The notes under the pieces: generated by a model
Database searches by the model: none
The model's input: the letters and a program-made list of their open reading frames with translations, nothing else
What the model was told of the DNA's origin: nothing
Assembly (NCBI GenBank): GCA_049322915.1
Contig: JBMOPW010000016.1
Coordinates: 71,971-135,970 of the forward strand
From: Candidatus Zhuqueibacterota bacterium
Lineage (GTDB): Bacteria; Zhuqueibacterota; Zhuqueibacteria; Thermofontimicrobiales; Thermofontimicrobiaceae
Length of the DNA: 64,000 nt
Reading direction: 5' to 3'
Translations under genes and position numbers: made by a program
Shown: positions 38,673 to 48,187 of the stretch, in pieces
Position numbering within the stretch: position 1 is the stretch's first letter
Layout: every line of letters starts with the position of its first letter

Positions 38673-39611
38673 ATGAACAAGAGATTGCTTTTCACCACGA
38701 CGCTTTTATTGCTGTTATTATTCTCAATTGTCAATTCTCACGCCTCTTCACCGGGCACAGCCGGCTTTGAGTTTTTAAGAACCCACATCGGCGCCAGGCC
38801 ATCGGCCATGGGCGGCGCTTACGTCTCGCTCTCCGGCGATATTTATTCCATGTATTTCAATCCGGCTGGATTGGCTGGTATATCGGGACGCATGGCAACG
38901 GCGACCTACCTCAACCACGTGCTGGATTTCCAGTCCGGGTTTGCCGCCTACACCCAATCGCTGAAGAACATCGGGCAGGTGGCGCTTGGATTCAATTACA
39001 TGAACTATGGCGACTTTGATGAGACGACCGCCGCCGGTGAAAAAGTGGGCAGCTTCAGCGCCGGCAGTCTTGCCGTGATGGGTTCGGTGGGTCGCGTCAT
39101 CAATGACCAAATCAAAGTGGGCGCCTCGGTCAAATTTATTCGCTCCACAATTGACACGTACAGTTCCAATGCAGTTGCGCTGGATGCCGGGGCCATCTAC
39201 CATGTTCCGTTTGTGGAGGGATTGAACGTCGGCGTCGGCATTTTCAATGTCGGCCAGGCTATCACCGCGTTCGTGGATGAAAAGGACAACCTGCCCATGA
39301 ATTTTGTCATCGGCGCATCCAAATCCCTGGCCCATCTGCCGCTGATGTGGAGCGTGAGTGTCAATAAATATATCGACGATGATGTTCGCGTGAATGTCGG
39401 CGCGGAGTTCACGATGGCAGAGGGCTTTTATCTGCGGCTTGGCTATAATTCGCTGGGGAGCGATCAGAAAGTGGGAGCGGACAGCGATCAGTTTGCCGGC
39501 GTCTCATTCGGCCTGGGTATGGACTGGCGGCAGTACGAGCTTGATTATGCCGTATCTTCGTTTGGGGCCATCGGCTATCTGAATCGGTTGAGCTTCACCT
39601 ATGCCTTCTGA
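38673..39611 (+). CDS. PorV/PorQ-like outer-membrane beta-barrel (UPF0164 family)
   Basis: Signal peptide, FEFLRTHIGARPSAMGGA...YFNPAGLA, and C-terminal aromatic residue (FTYAF). AGGAG RBS. Confidence 0.85.
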   Translation: MNKRLLFTTTLLLLLLFSIVNSHASSPGTAGFEFLRTHIGARPSAMGGAYVSLSGDIYSMYFNPAGLAGISGRMATATYLNHVLDFQSGFAAYTQSLKNIGQVALGFNYMNYGDFDETTAAGEKVGSFSAGSLAVMGSVGRVINDQIKVGASVKFIRSTIDTYSSNAVALDAGAIYHVPFVEGLNVGVGIFNVGQAITAFVDEKDNLPMNFVIGASKSLAHLPLMWSVSVNKYIDDDVRVNVGAEFTMAEGFYLRLGYNSLGSDQKVGADSDQFAGVSFGLGMDWRQYELDYAVSSFGAIGYLNRLSFTYAF

Positions 39612-39735
39612 CGATTCATGGAAATAGCCTTCCCGATGCTGTTTTTATCTAACAGACCGCATCTGTCCCGGTCGATTCTGCGGAACATGGGGCTGATTTT
39701 CACCGGCCCGAATTGAACATGATTGAAATCCAACC

Positions 39736-39777
39736 TGGCACGGTCAGCCTTCTCGTCGACCGTGCTGTTTTGTTTTT
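39736..39777 (+). terminator. Possible rho-independent terminator after the PorV-like gene
   Basis: ggcacggtc/gaccgtgct stem followed by gttttgtttttt. Confidence 0.5.
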
Positions 39778-39822
39778 AAAGAAAAACGCTTCGATTGTCT
39801 GCTAACATTTTAATGACTTTTT

Positions 39823-41766
39823 ATGGGATCACATTCTGCCAAATCCAGAGACACACTATTCTTTGCAATATTATTTTTAATCCCCCTCCTCTTCTTCGTT
39901 GGTCTTGAAATTGGTCTGCGAATTTTCCATTACGGCCCGAACCTGGACCTGTTCATTGCTCTGCAAGAAAATCCTCTGTACCTGAAAATCAATCCGGAAC
40001 TGGGTCGCCGCTATTTCCCGAAGCTCAACGTCAAACCCGCGACGTCCTATGATGTTATGCTGCAACGCAAGCCTGCCAATGGATTCAGGGTGTTTGTCCT
40101 GGGCGGCTCATCGGCGTTTGGCTATCCCTATGGCCGAAACGCTGCCTTTCCCAAATTTTTGCAGGACAGGCTCCAAGATTATTTCACGCAGCGTCACGTG
40201 GAAGTGGTCAACCTGGCCATGTGCGCTGTCGGCTCGTACACAGTCCGCGATATTGGTCTCGAACTGTTGAACTATCAGCCGGATGTAATTCTCATTTACG
40301 CCGGGCATAACGAGTTTTATGGCGCATTGGGCGTTGGTTCCGCTGAGTCCCTCGGTCATTCGCGAAATTGGGTGAATCTCTATTTGAGCCTGCGGTCGTT
40401 CAAAACTTTCCTGTTGGTTCGGGACGGCGTCTTCAAACTCACATCCATGTTCGCGGGGAACGCGTCAGCTCAGGCCGGCAAACGGCTGATGGAACATCTG
40501 GCCGGCGAACAGATCATTCCCTACGACAGCGAGTTGTTTCGGACGGCGCACCGCATTTTTAAGGACAATATTCAGGATGTGATTGAGGCGGCGGAGCGAA
40601 AGCGAGTTCAGATTTACCTGGGCGATCTGGTGAGCAATGTGCGGGATCAGGCGCCGTTTCGCTCCATCTCGTCTGTGGCGACCGGAGGAACAGTTTCCGT
40701 CATAGCGGAGGCGGAGGCGCTGGAAGCCGCCGGGCAGATCGGGGCCGCGCTGGAAAAACTGAATCTGGCCATTCAATCCGATACTGCCAACGCCGATGCC
40801 TGTTTTCGCAAAGCGCGTTGTCTGGAAAAAACGGGCGAAATGAACGCTGCGCGTCAGTGGTATTATAGCGCCAGGGACTTCGATGCCCTGCGATTCCGCG
40901 CGGCTGAAGCGCTGAATGGCGTGGTGCGGCAATTCAACCACGCCAATGTGGTGCATGTCCCGGTTCAACAGACTTTCGAGCACAATTCTCCAGACGGATT
41001 CATTGGCGCATCGCTGATGCTGGATCATCTCCATCCCAATGTGCAAGGGTATTTTCTGATGGCGAAAATCTATTTTGAGTTGATGAAGCAGCATGTGCCC
41101 CTGGAACCGGCTGAAACGCCGGGCGCGGTTCAATCCGACTCGCTGTACTGGTATAATTCCGGCGTGACAGCGCTCGATCTGGCTGAGGCCAATTTCAGAA
41201 TGCAAATCCTGTTGGGCAGTTGGCCGTTCAAAGATGGCTTTGCGACGGTGAATTCGATCCAGTGGAATCCTCAAAATAAAGTGCATCAACTGGCAATGCA
41301 CATTGTGAAAGAGGAAAAGTCATGGGAGCAGGCTCACGTCGAGTTGGCTGAGCTGTATATCGAGCGTGGGCAATTGAGTCAGGCTGCTGAGGAGTACTTC
41401 TCTCTCGCCAAGATGACGCATTACAATGTGTCGCCATTTCTCCGACTCGGCCAGATCTACATGCAGCAGCGCAGGTTCCAATTGGCCCGGCAGTTCTTCA
41501 GCAAGTCGCTGGCCATTGAAAAAACGCTGCTGGCCTATCAGGGGCTCGGCGAGGCGTGTTTATATCTGAATCAATTGCAGCAGGGAATCGGTTACCTGGA
41601 GGCGGGATTGCGCATCAAACGCAACGACCCACTGAGCCTGTTCCTGTTATCAAAAAGCTATGTGAAAATGGGGGATAGGGAGCAGGCCAGAAGATATTTG
41701 ATGCAACTGAAATCCGTGCAGCCACAGTTCCCGGGAATCAAGTCCCTCGAGGAGCAGGCAAATTAA
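39823..41766 (+). CDS. Membrane-anchored SGNH/GDSL hydrolase-like protein with TPR repeats
   Basis: N-terminal TM, VLGGSS, YAGHNE, DHLHPN and helical TPR-like repeats. Confidence 0.8.
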   Translation: MGSHSAKSRDTLFFAILFLIPLLFFVGLEIGLRIFHYGPNLDLFIALQENPLYLKINPELGRRYFPKLNVKPATSYDVMLQRKPANGFRVFVLGGSSAFGYPYGRNAAFPKFLQDRLQDYFTQRHVEVVNLAMCAVGSYTVRDIGLELLNYQPDVILIYAGHNEFYGALGVGSAESLGHSRNWVNLYLSLRSFKTFLLVRDGVFKLTSMFAGNASAQAGKRLMEHLAGEQIIPYDSELFRTAHRIFKDNIQDVIEAAERKRVQIYLGDLVSNVRDQAPFRSISSVATGGTVSVIAEAEALEAAGQIGAALEKLNLAIQSDTANADACFRKARCLEKTGEMNAARQWYYSARDFDALRFRAAEALNGVVRQFNHANVVHVPVQQTFEHNSPDGFIGASLMLDHLHPNVQGYFLMAKIYFELMKQHVPLEPAETPGAVQSDSLYWYNSGVTALDLAEANFRMQILLGSWPFKDGFATVNSIQWNPQNKVHQLAMHIVKEEKSWEQAHVELAELYIERGQLSQAAEEYFSLAKMTHYNVSPFLRLGQIYMQQRRFQLARQFFSKSLAIEKTLLAYQGLGEACLYLNQLQQGIGYLEAGLRIKRNDPLSLFLLSKSYVKMGDREQARRYLMQLKSVQPQFPGIKSLEEQAN

Positions 41767-42235
41767 TGTCTGTCCGAAAAAAAACTGAATTAGCTATGGG
41801 GGTAATATTTTGAAACTTCATTACGTCAGACCTCATCCCCTAAATCCCTTTTTACCCTGCGGGCAAGAAGAGGAATATCTGTTCTCCCTCTCCTTTTAGG
41901 CTTACCCTGACCCATATCTTTTTTAACGCAGAGACCGCAGAGACAGCAGATGTCCGCAGAGTTTTGGTATTGAAAAAAAACAGTTTGCAAACTTATGAAA
42001 CCAGGTATTTCCCTGGTTATTCTGGTCCTCTGTGACTATGGGTGAACATGATTTTCATTGTTTGATTGAAAATTATAAAAAATCACTCAGGCCAATTCAA
42101 CGCTGGTCTTTTCTCTGCGCCCTTCGCGACCTCTGCGTTTCATTTGATTGTAATATCCCCCAACGTATGGGTGTGGATTAGCCTGTTAGGAGCAGGCTCG
42201 GGTGAGGTCAATATTCGCAGTTGTCGGACAGACAC
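41766..42235. mobile_element. MITE-like element A carrying nested element B
   Basis: Ends atgtctgtccga...tcggacagacac. Both arms match 63110-63808 in the inverted orientation. Confidence 0.8.
41898..42184. mobile_element. MITE-like element B (287 bp), without the C insertion
   Basis: Ends aggcttaccctgacccata / tatgggtgtggattagcct, with internal cgcagag tandem units and their inverted copies. Colinear with 63161-63716. Confidence 0.85.
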
Positions 42236-42238
42236 GAA

Positions 42239-43630
42239 TCAAGGTTGTGCCAGCTTGGAATCTTTAATTGTCAGCAAATACTCAAACGCAGCATCATGTT
42301 CATTGGGGATGATTCCATCGAGAATCGCTTCCTCAATGGCTTTCTTCAATATCCCGACATGGGGGCCGGGAGCAATCCCGCAGATGGCCATGATTTCATC
42401 GCCGCGCACCGGGGATTGAAACGCTTTCATGCGATCCTTCTCTTCCACTTCCTGCAGCCGCTGGACCACATGATCGAAATTCTCCAGATGATTCTTGACG
42501 CGCTGCGGATTGCCCGAAGTAATATCAGCGCGACACAGGGTGAGCAGATCGTCGAGGTCGTCGCCGGCCTTGAATAACAGTCTGCGCATGGCCGAATCGG
42601 TGACGCCTTCTTCGGAAAGATTGATTGGCCGGAGATGAAGCCGCGTCAATTTTTGAGTGAATTTCAAATGCGTATTGGGCAATTTGAGCCGATGAAAAAT
42701 TTGTGGCAGCATCCGCGCGCCAATTTCGTCGTGGCCATGAAATGTCCAGCCGGTTCCTTCGATGAATTTCTTGGTGCTCGGTTTGCCGATGTCATGCACC
42801 AGAGCCGCCAGCCGCAACTCCAGCTTCTCGCTCACCTCTGCGACATTGTCAATGACCAGAAGCGTATGTTCATACACATCTTTGTGGTGATACCCTTCGC
42901 GCTGCTCCACCCCTTTCATGATGGTCAACTCCGGCAGGATATGTTGCAGCACCCCGATTTCGTCGAGCAATTTGAATCCAATGGATGGCCGGGTTGATTT
43001 CAGGATTTTGAGGAATTCATCCGTTATGCGTTCCTGGGAAATGATCTGCAACCGCGGCGCCATCTCGCTCAACGCCGCGCGCGTCTTCTCTTCGATGGTG
43101 AAATTGAGCTGGGTCGCAAACCGAATCGCTCGCATAATCCGAAGCGGATCGTCCTTGAACGTGACAATGGGGTCAAGCGGTGTGCGAATGAGTTTGCTAT
43201 TGAGATCAGCCTGGCCATTGAGCGGATCATACATCATTCCGAAGTTTTCTTTGTTCAGACCCAGGGCCATGCAATTCATCGTGAAATCGCGCCGCTGTAA
43301 ATCGCCGTCCAGGTCGGTTTGGGAGACAACCGGCTTCCGGGAATTCGCTTCGTAATCCTCGCTGCGCGTCCCGACGAATTCCAGTTTGTAGTCTTCGTGC
43401 TGAACCATGGCGGTGCCGAATTTTTCGAAAATGACCACATTGCGCGAGCGGAGTTCATTGGCCACTTTGCGGGCGAATTTGGGGCCGCTTCCAACCACGG
43501 CAAAATCGATGTCTTTGACAGGTTTATTCAAAATTTTATCGCGAACGAATCCGCCGACAGCCCATACAGACGTGCGTTCGCTATCTGCTATATCGCCAAT
43601 AATCCTTAATATCTGCTCGATGGTTTTCAA
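42239..43630 (-). CDS. cca: CCA tRNA nucleotidyltransferase-family protein with HD domain
   Basis: VGGFVRD, DIDF, DLQRRDFTMN, DDPLRIMRAIRF, SQERI and LVHDIGKP. CCA- versus A-adding activity not resolved. Confidence 0.85.
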   Translation of the reverse strand: MKTIEQILRIIGDIADSERTSVWAVGGFVRDKILNKPVKDIDFAVVGSGPKFARKVANELRSRNVVIFEKFGTAMVQHEDYKLEFVGTRSEDYEANSRKPVVSQTDLDGDLQRRDFTMNCMALGLNKENFGMMYDPLNGQADLNSKLIRTPLDPIVTFKDDPLRIMRAIRFATQLNFTIEEKTRAALSEMAPRLQIISQERITDEFLKILKSTRPSIGFKLLDEIGVLQHILPELTIMKGVEQREGYHHKDVYEHTLLVIDNVAEVSEKLELRLAALVHDIGKPSTKKFIEGTGWTFHGHDEIGARMLPQIFHRLKLPNTHLKFTQKLTRLHLRPINLSEEGVTDSAMRRLLFKAGDDLDDLLTLCRADITSGNPQRVKNHLENFDHVVQRLQEVEEKDRMKAFQSPVRGDEIMAICGIAPGPHVGILKKAIEEAILDGIIPNEHDAAFEYLLTIKDSKLAQP

Positions 43631-43794
43631 AAAGTAGTATTCCTTTTTAGATGAAAATTATCTTCAGCAATGATGTACAAATTTGCGCACCATCCGCAGG
43701 CGCCTGGTTCGATCCCGATGTGAGCGCTGTTTCCAATATAGCAGGGAAAACGATTGAATTGAAAAGACCATGTTTCCGCCAGAACATCTCCTCA

Positions 43795-44427
43795 TCAATA
43801 ATCCAGACTAAGGCCCACCTGAAACGCCAGTCCGCCCAGGTTTGAACCGGCAAAACCAGGGTTTCCGCCTTCGCCGGCGGAGTTGGCTTCGATCTCCCAG
43901 CCAATGGCCGCGTGCGGAATGAAGCGATAGTCGCCTCCAATTTCCAGGTAAAAACCGCTGCCTTTTGTCCTGGTATCGGTTGAGTTTTTGTTGGCAAAGA
44001 TTGAAATCCCGGCGGCCTCTTCAATATCAATGAAGATGAATCCCACGCCGGTGAAAAAACGCCATTTTCGGTTCGTATCCGAATACCGCCGGAGGCCAAT
44101 ATTCATGAAGGTCTCCTGCCAGTCAGCCTGGCCGGTCAGATTTGCGCCCTCAACAGTCACCGTCTTTCCGGCCGTGGTGAACGTAGCATACTGAAATGAA
44201 GCATAGGTGGAATGATAAAAACGTACACTGACCTGACCGGAATAATAGGTGTCCCATCGGCTGGAATACAGGTCGTTGAAATTATCCAATGAGACGCGGA
44301 AGTAGCCCACGGTGCCGCCAGTGATGACCCGTGGCATTGGGGAGAAAATCCAATCCTGTGTCCAGCCGGCGCTCGTCACAAGACAGGACATCAGCATAAA
44401 CATGAATAGCGTCAATTTTCGATTCAA
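43795..44427 (-). CDS. Small outer-membrane beta-barrel protein
   Basis: TTG start after GGAGG, signal peptide, alternating amphipathic strands and C-terminal QVGLSLDY. Confidence 0.65.
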   Translation of the reverse strand: MNRKLTLFMFMLMSCLVTSAGWTQDWIFSPMPRVITGGTVGYFRVSLDNFNDLYSSRWDTYYSGQVSVRFYHSTYASFQYATFTTAGKTVTVEGANLTGQADWQETFMNIGLRRYSDTNRKWRFFTGVGFIFIDIEEAAGISIFANKNSTDTRTKGSGFYLEIGGDYRFIPHAAIGWEIEANSAGEGGNPGFAGSNLGGLAFQVGLSLDY

Positions 44428-44524
44428 GGCCAATCCTCCAAAAAAGTTAATAAATCTGGCAACCTTTTTATTGGTAAACGTGTCATATAAACAGTACGCG
44501 AAATTCATGACCGGAGGTGAAGCT

Positions 44525-44761
44525 GTGGTGTCCACATTTATCATTTTATTACTGGCAACTGCCATCATTTTTTGGAAGCCGCCATTTCAGATTTCAATAC
44601 AATTTAAAAATCTGGTTATTCCAATTATTCTGACTGTAATAATTACGCTATTGTTGCTGTTAGGTTCAATTTCCTGGAAATCTGAATCGCAACTCACCAA
44701 AACCCCTGCTCCTGAACCCTCATCATCGGAATCGTTTTCGCGACAGACCTCCGCCCACTGA
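44525..44761 (+). CDS. Putative small two-TM membrane protein (78 aa)
   Basis: GGAGGT RBS 6 nt before a GTG, two hydrophobic stretches, and no overlap with neighbouring genes. Confidence 0.4.
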   Translation: MVSTFIILLLATAIIFWKPPFQISIQFKNLVIPIILTVIITLLLLLGSISWKSESQLTKTPAPEPSSSESFSRQTSAH

Positions 44762-44806
44762 TAGGCTACAGTCCTCTGCTTCTCCGGAATTATCTATTGG
44801 GACGAT

Positions 44807-45208
44807 CTATTTCTTCGCTTCATTGATCAATGGTGATTTTCTCCTGAGAGAATAGATTCCTGCCACGAAAATCGCCCCGACACAATCGGCAATGATATCG
44901 CCGACATCGGCAAATCTCCCCGGAACAAATCCCTGGTGGATTTCATCGGTGACACCGTAACAGCAGGCGATGACCATCGCCAGCCAGATGGCATTCCTGG
45001 CGATGCTGGGCTGGCGTTGTACGAGGAGCGCGCGGGTCAATAACCAGCCGAGAATGGCGTACTCGACGCCGTGGGCGATTTTGTCCTGGGCAGAAAATCC
45101 CATATCCGGCACGGTGAGATAGGAAATGGATGACTGCACGAAGATCGCCGTCATCCAGGCAATGGCCGGAAAGGGATACCACAGAAAATGTCGGATGCGT
45201 TTTCTCAT
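44807..45208 (-). CDS. VanZ family protein
   Basis: DKIAHGVEYAIL, YGVTDEIHQGFVPGR and DIIAD. Confidence 0.85.
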   Translation of the reverse strand: MRKRIRHFLWYPFPAIAWMTAIFVQSSISYLTVPDMGFSAQDKIAHGVEYAILGWLLTRALLVQRQPSIARNAIWLAMVIACCYGVTDEIHQGFVPGRFADVGDIIADCVGAIFVAGIYSLRRKSPLINEAKK

Positions 45209-46752
45209 TCCATTTCAAACATCTGCTTCAATGCTGCGGGCAAGTATTTGTTGATGTCCCCGGCGATCATTCCCATTTCTGTCAATCGTTCCGAGGCAAT
45301 GTCGCCGGCCAGACCGTGCAGGTAAACGCCGACAAGGGCTGCATCGAGCGCGGAAAGTCGCAGGGCCATCAGCCCGGCGATGATGCCGGTCAGGACATCT
45401 CCCGAGCCTCCTGTGGCCATGCCAGGATTGCCGCTGGAATTGATGAATACTTTCCCGTCCGGCGCTGCGATGAGCGTGGGGCCGCCCTTCAAAACGATCA
45501 CTTTTCCCCATTGTTTGGCCAGGTCGCGCACGATCTGGAAGCGGTTCTTCTCAATATCGACGACAGGGATGCGGATCAATCGCGACAATTCGCCCGGGTG
45601 CGGCGTTAATACCATGGGGCCGGCGTATTTTTCAATGAGCGATGTATCGCTGGCGCATGCATTCAGTCCGTCGGCGTCCAGCACCATCGGTTTTTTCCGG
45701 GATGTGAGCAGCCATGCGATAAATTCGACGGTTTCGCGATGCGCAGAAAGACCGGGCCCGACGGCGAGCACATCCGCCCAATTCAATAAATCGTGCACCT
45801 GATCTTTGGCCTGCACACTGATGGACTGTTGATCCGTTTCAGCAAGGGGGACGGTCATCACTTCGGTCAGCTTCTGTTCGAGAATGGGATTGAGGCTGGC
45901 CGGCACTGCCAACTTCGTCAGGCCCGCGCCAATCCGTACGCAGGCCAGCGAGGCCAGCGTGGCCGCGCCAGTCATCCCGACCGAACCGGCGAAAATCGTC
46001 ACTTTGCCCATGTCTGTTTTGTGGGCATTCCAGGGACGCTCAGGAAGTCGGGAGCGGATATCCGCCGCATCGATGAGGAAAATGTCCTCGTGTAACTGCA
46101 AGCTGATCTCAGGCGGCACGCCAATATCCGCAACGACAATTTTTCCGGCAAAATCACGGGCCGGCGAGAACAGCAGCCCGGCCTTCAAATGGGCCATGGT
46201 GACGGTGACGTCGGCGTCCACGCAGACGCCGTGCACGGCCCCGGTATCGGTTTCCATCCCTGAAGGCAAATCGACCGAGACAATGGGAGCGTCATATCGA
46301 TTCATTGTCTCGATGAGGTCTCCGTAAAATCCCACCACCGGACCAGTGACGCCAGTGCCTAGCAGCGCGTCGACGACCAAGTCGATGCGGTGGAATTGAG
46401 GAATCTGGTCAATGGCGGAAATTTCGTGAATCTCGATGCCCATATTTTCCAGAATCGTCAGATTGATTTTAGCATCGCCCTGAATGGCCGCTTTGGTTCC
46501 GGCTAAAAAGACCGAGACCTCTGCGCCCAAATTGTGCAGATGCCGGGCGATGACATACCCATCGCCGCCGTTATTCCCCTTGCCGCAGAAGACGACGACA
46601 TGTTTATTTTCGATGCTGCCAGGCAGCGTCAGTATTTCTCGCACCACACTCTGCCCGGCATTTTCCATGAGTACAATGCCCGGTATCTGAACGGTGTGAA
46701 TTGTGGTTTTGTCGACCTGAGCCATACGCGAAGCCGTTAATACGATTTGCAC
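45205..46752 (-). CDS. nnr: Bifunctional NAD(P)H-hydrate epimerase/dehydratase (YjeF)
   Basis: LMENAG, CGKGNNGGDG, DALLGTG, DLPSG, DADGL, LTPHPGE and ATGGSGDVL. GTG start at 46752 follows AAAGGA. Confidence 0.93.
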   Translation of the reverse strand: MQIVLTASRMAQVDKTTIHTVQIPGIVLMENAGQSVVREILTLPGSIENKHVVVFCGKGNNGGDGYVIARHLHNLGAEVSVFLAGTKAAIQGDAKINLTILENMGIEIHEISAIDQIPQFHRIDLVVDALLGTGVTGPVVGFYGDLIETMNRYDAPIVSVDLPSGMETDTGAVHGVCVDADVTVTMAHLKAGLLFSPARDFAGKIVVADIGVPPEISLQLHEDIFLIDAADIRSRLPERPWNAHKTDMGKVTIFAGSVGMTGAATLASLACVRIGAGLTKLAVPASLNPILEQKLTEVMTVPLAETDQQSISVQAKDQVHDLLNWADVLAVGPGLSAHRETVEFIAWLLTSRKKPMVLDADGLNACASDTSLIEKYAGPMVLTPHPGELSRLIRIPVVDIEKNRFQIVRDLAKQWGKVIVLKGGPTLIAAPDGKVFINSSGNPGMATGGSGDVLTGIIAGLMALRLSALDAALVGVYLHGLAGDIASERLTEMGMIAGDINKYLPAALKQMFEME

Positions 46753-46881
46753 GATTCGTTCCTTTCTGATTCTGTTGAGATTGTGGCAACCAATTCTATT
46801 GAATAGACCTTCCCTCTGATTCGAACCGGGTTTCACCTCATCCGAATTGGCCTTGCAATCCCTGTTTGCAATACTACTTAA

Positions 46882-46981
46882 CCCTACTACGTCACATAGA
46901 TTTATTATCGTTATATAATGTATTTTGGATAGATGAAAAATTCAATATATTGTGATAAATTTGTTAAATGACGTTGAAGGG
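46882..46981. mobile_element. MITE-like element C (100 bp, stand-alone, TTAA TSD)
   Basis: TTAA|ccctactacgtca...tgacgttgaaggg|TTAA. Confidence 0.85.
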
Positions 46982-47040
46982 TTAACTTTATAAAGCTATT
47001 AAAATAGCATTATTTTTTTTTAGATTCAACCATTTTCTCC

Positions 47041-47069
47041 TTGCTTGTTTAAAATTTTTGATGTAATTT
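47041..47069 (+). promoter_or_regulatory. Putative sigma70 promoter for the ECF sigma gene
   Basis: TTGCTT-17 nt-TAATTT. Confidence 0.4.
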
Positions 47070-47109
47070 GTTGCAAAATTTTTTGACCTCCCGATTGACC
47101 CGGACGTGT

Positions 47110-47688
47110 ATGAGCGAAGAATTAGCTGACATTGAGTTAATAAACAGGGCATTAAAAGGCGATCAGCAGGCGTACAAACAAATTTTACTTCGCTACCGCA
47201 ATCCTTTGTATAATCTGTTGTATCGCATGGTTCACAACAAAATGGAGACGGAGGATCTGGTCCAGGAAGCGTTCATCAAGGCATTTGCGTCGTTAGCAAG
47301 TTTCAATGATGAATATGCGTTTTCCACCTGGCTTTACAAGATCGCCATCAATAATTGCATCGACCATTTTCGTAAACGAAAGCTCAAGACTTTTTCGTTG
47401 GACAAGCCCATCAGCTCCAAAGACGGTGAAATCCACCGGGAATTCCCGGATGCCGGAAATCGTCCCGATAAGACGTTATTGACGAAAGAGAAAGACAAGC
47501 TCATCGAGGATGCCATACAAAGCCTGCCCGAGAAATACCGCATCTCCATTATCCTCCGCCACAACGAGGATAAATCCTATGAGGAAATCAGCCAGATTCT
47601 CAACATCCCCCTTGGTACAGTCAAAGCCCGCATTTTCCGCGCACGTGAAATGTTAAAACGCCAGCTCAAAAATGTCATTTACCCATAA
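47110..47688 (+). CDS. ECF RNA polymerase sigma factor (RpoE/SigW-like)
   Basis: EDLVQEAFIKA, FSTWLYKIAINNCIDH and SYEEISQILNIPLGTVKARIFRAR. Confidence 0.93.
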   Translation: MSEELADIELINRALKGDQQAYKQILLRYRNPLYNLLYRMVHNKMETEDLVQEAFIKAFASLASFNDEYAFSTWLYKIAINNCIDHFRKRKLKTFSLDKPISSKDGEIHREFPDAGNRPDKTLLTKEKDKLIEDAIQSLPEKYRISIILRHNEDKSYEEISQILNIPLGTVKARIFRAREMLKRQLKNVIYP

Positions 47689-47728
47689 CTATAGCAAGTG
47701 TTAAATTTTTCTGTAAGGACAGGAGTGG

Positions 47729-48077
47729 ATGCTAACACAGGAAAAGCCGGCTATCGCCGATGATTTTGGCTGCTATGTTCGTTCGGGAAAAAAGAATTTT
47801 TTACAAAATTTGGATTGGATTTTGTCCTGGCGAAACGCGAAGGCTGTTTCCTCTTTGACATGAACGGTAAAAAGTATTTGAACTACCATTGCAATCGCGG
47901 CGTCTTCAATCTGGGGCGCCGAAACCAGGAGTTCATCGAAGCGCGTTTGGCGTGAGCGGAGGCGAGGCCATTGATTTCATTATTAAGTCAGCGCGTGACT
48001 TCACGGATCGGCCAGGGTTCGTCTCAGCGAAAGGTGTACCGATTCATCATCGAGAAATTGCTGCGCCGAAAATATGA
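47729..48077 (+). pseudogene. Fragmented class III aminotransferase remnant
   Basis: After AGGAG-ATG, frameshifted pieces read REGCFLFDMNGKKYLNYHCNRGVFNLGRRN, then FGVSGGEAIDFIIKSAR. The segment between them and the PLP-Lys region are missing. Confidence 0.65.
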
Positions 48078-48187
48078 ATTTCGTTTACCGGAAAAAGTGA
48101 AATGGTAGATTGGCGGGAGGAGACCCTGAACGTTTCGTCGTCCGGTGTGGCGACCAATGCCTGGGTGGCTGATTGTAGTGGTGGCGT

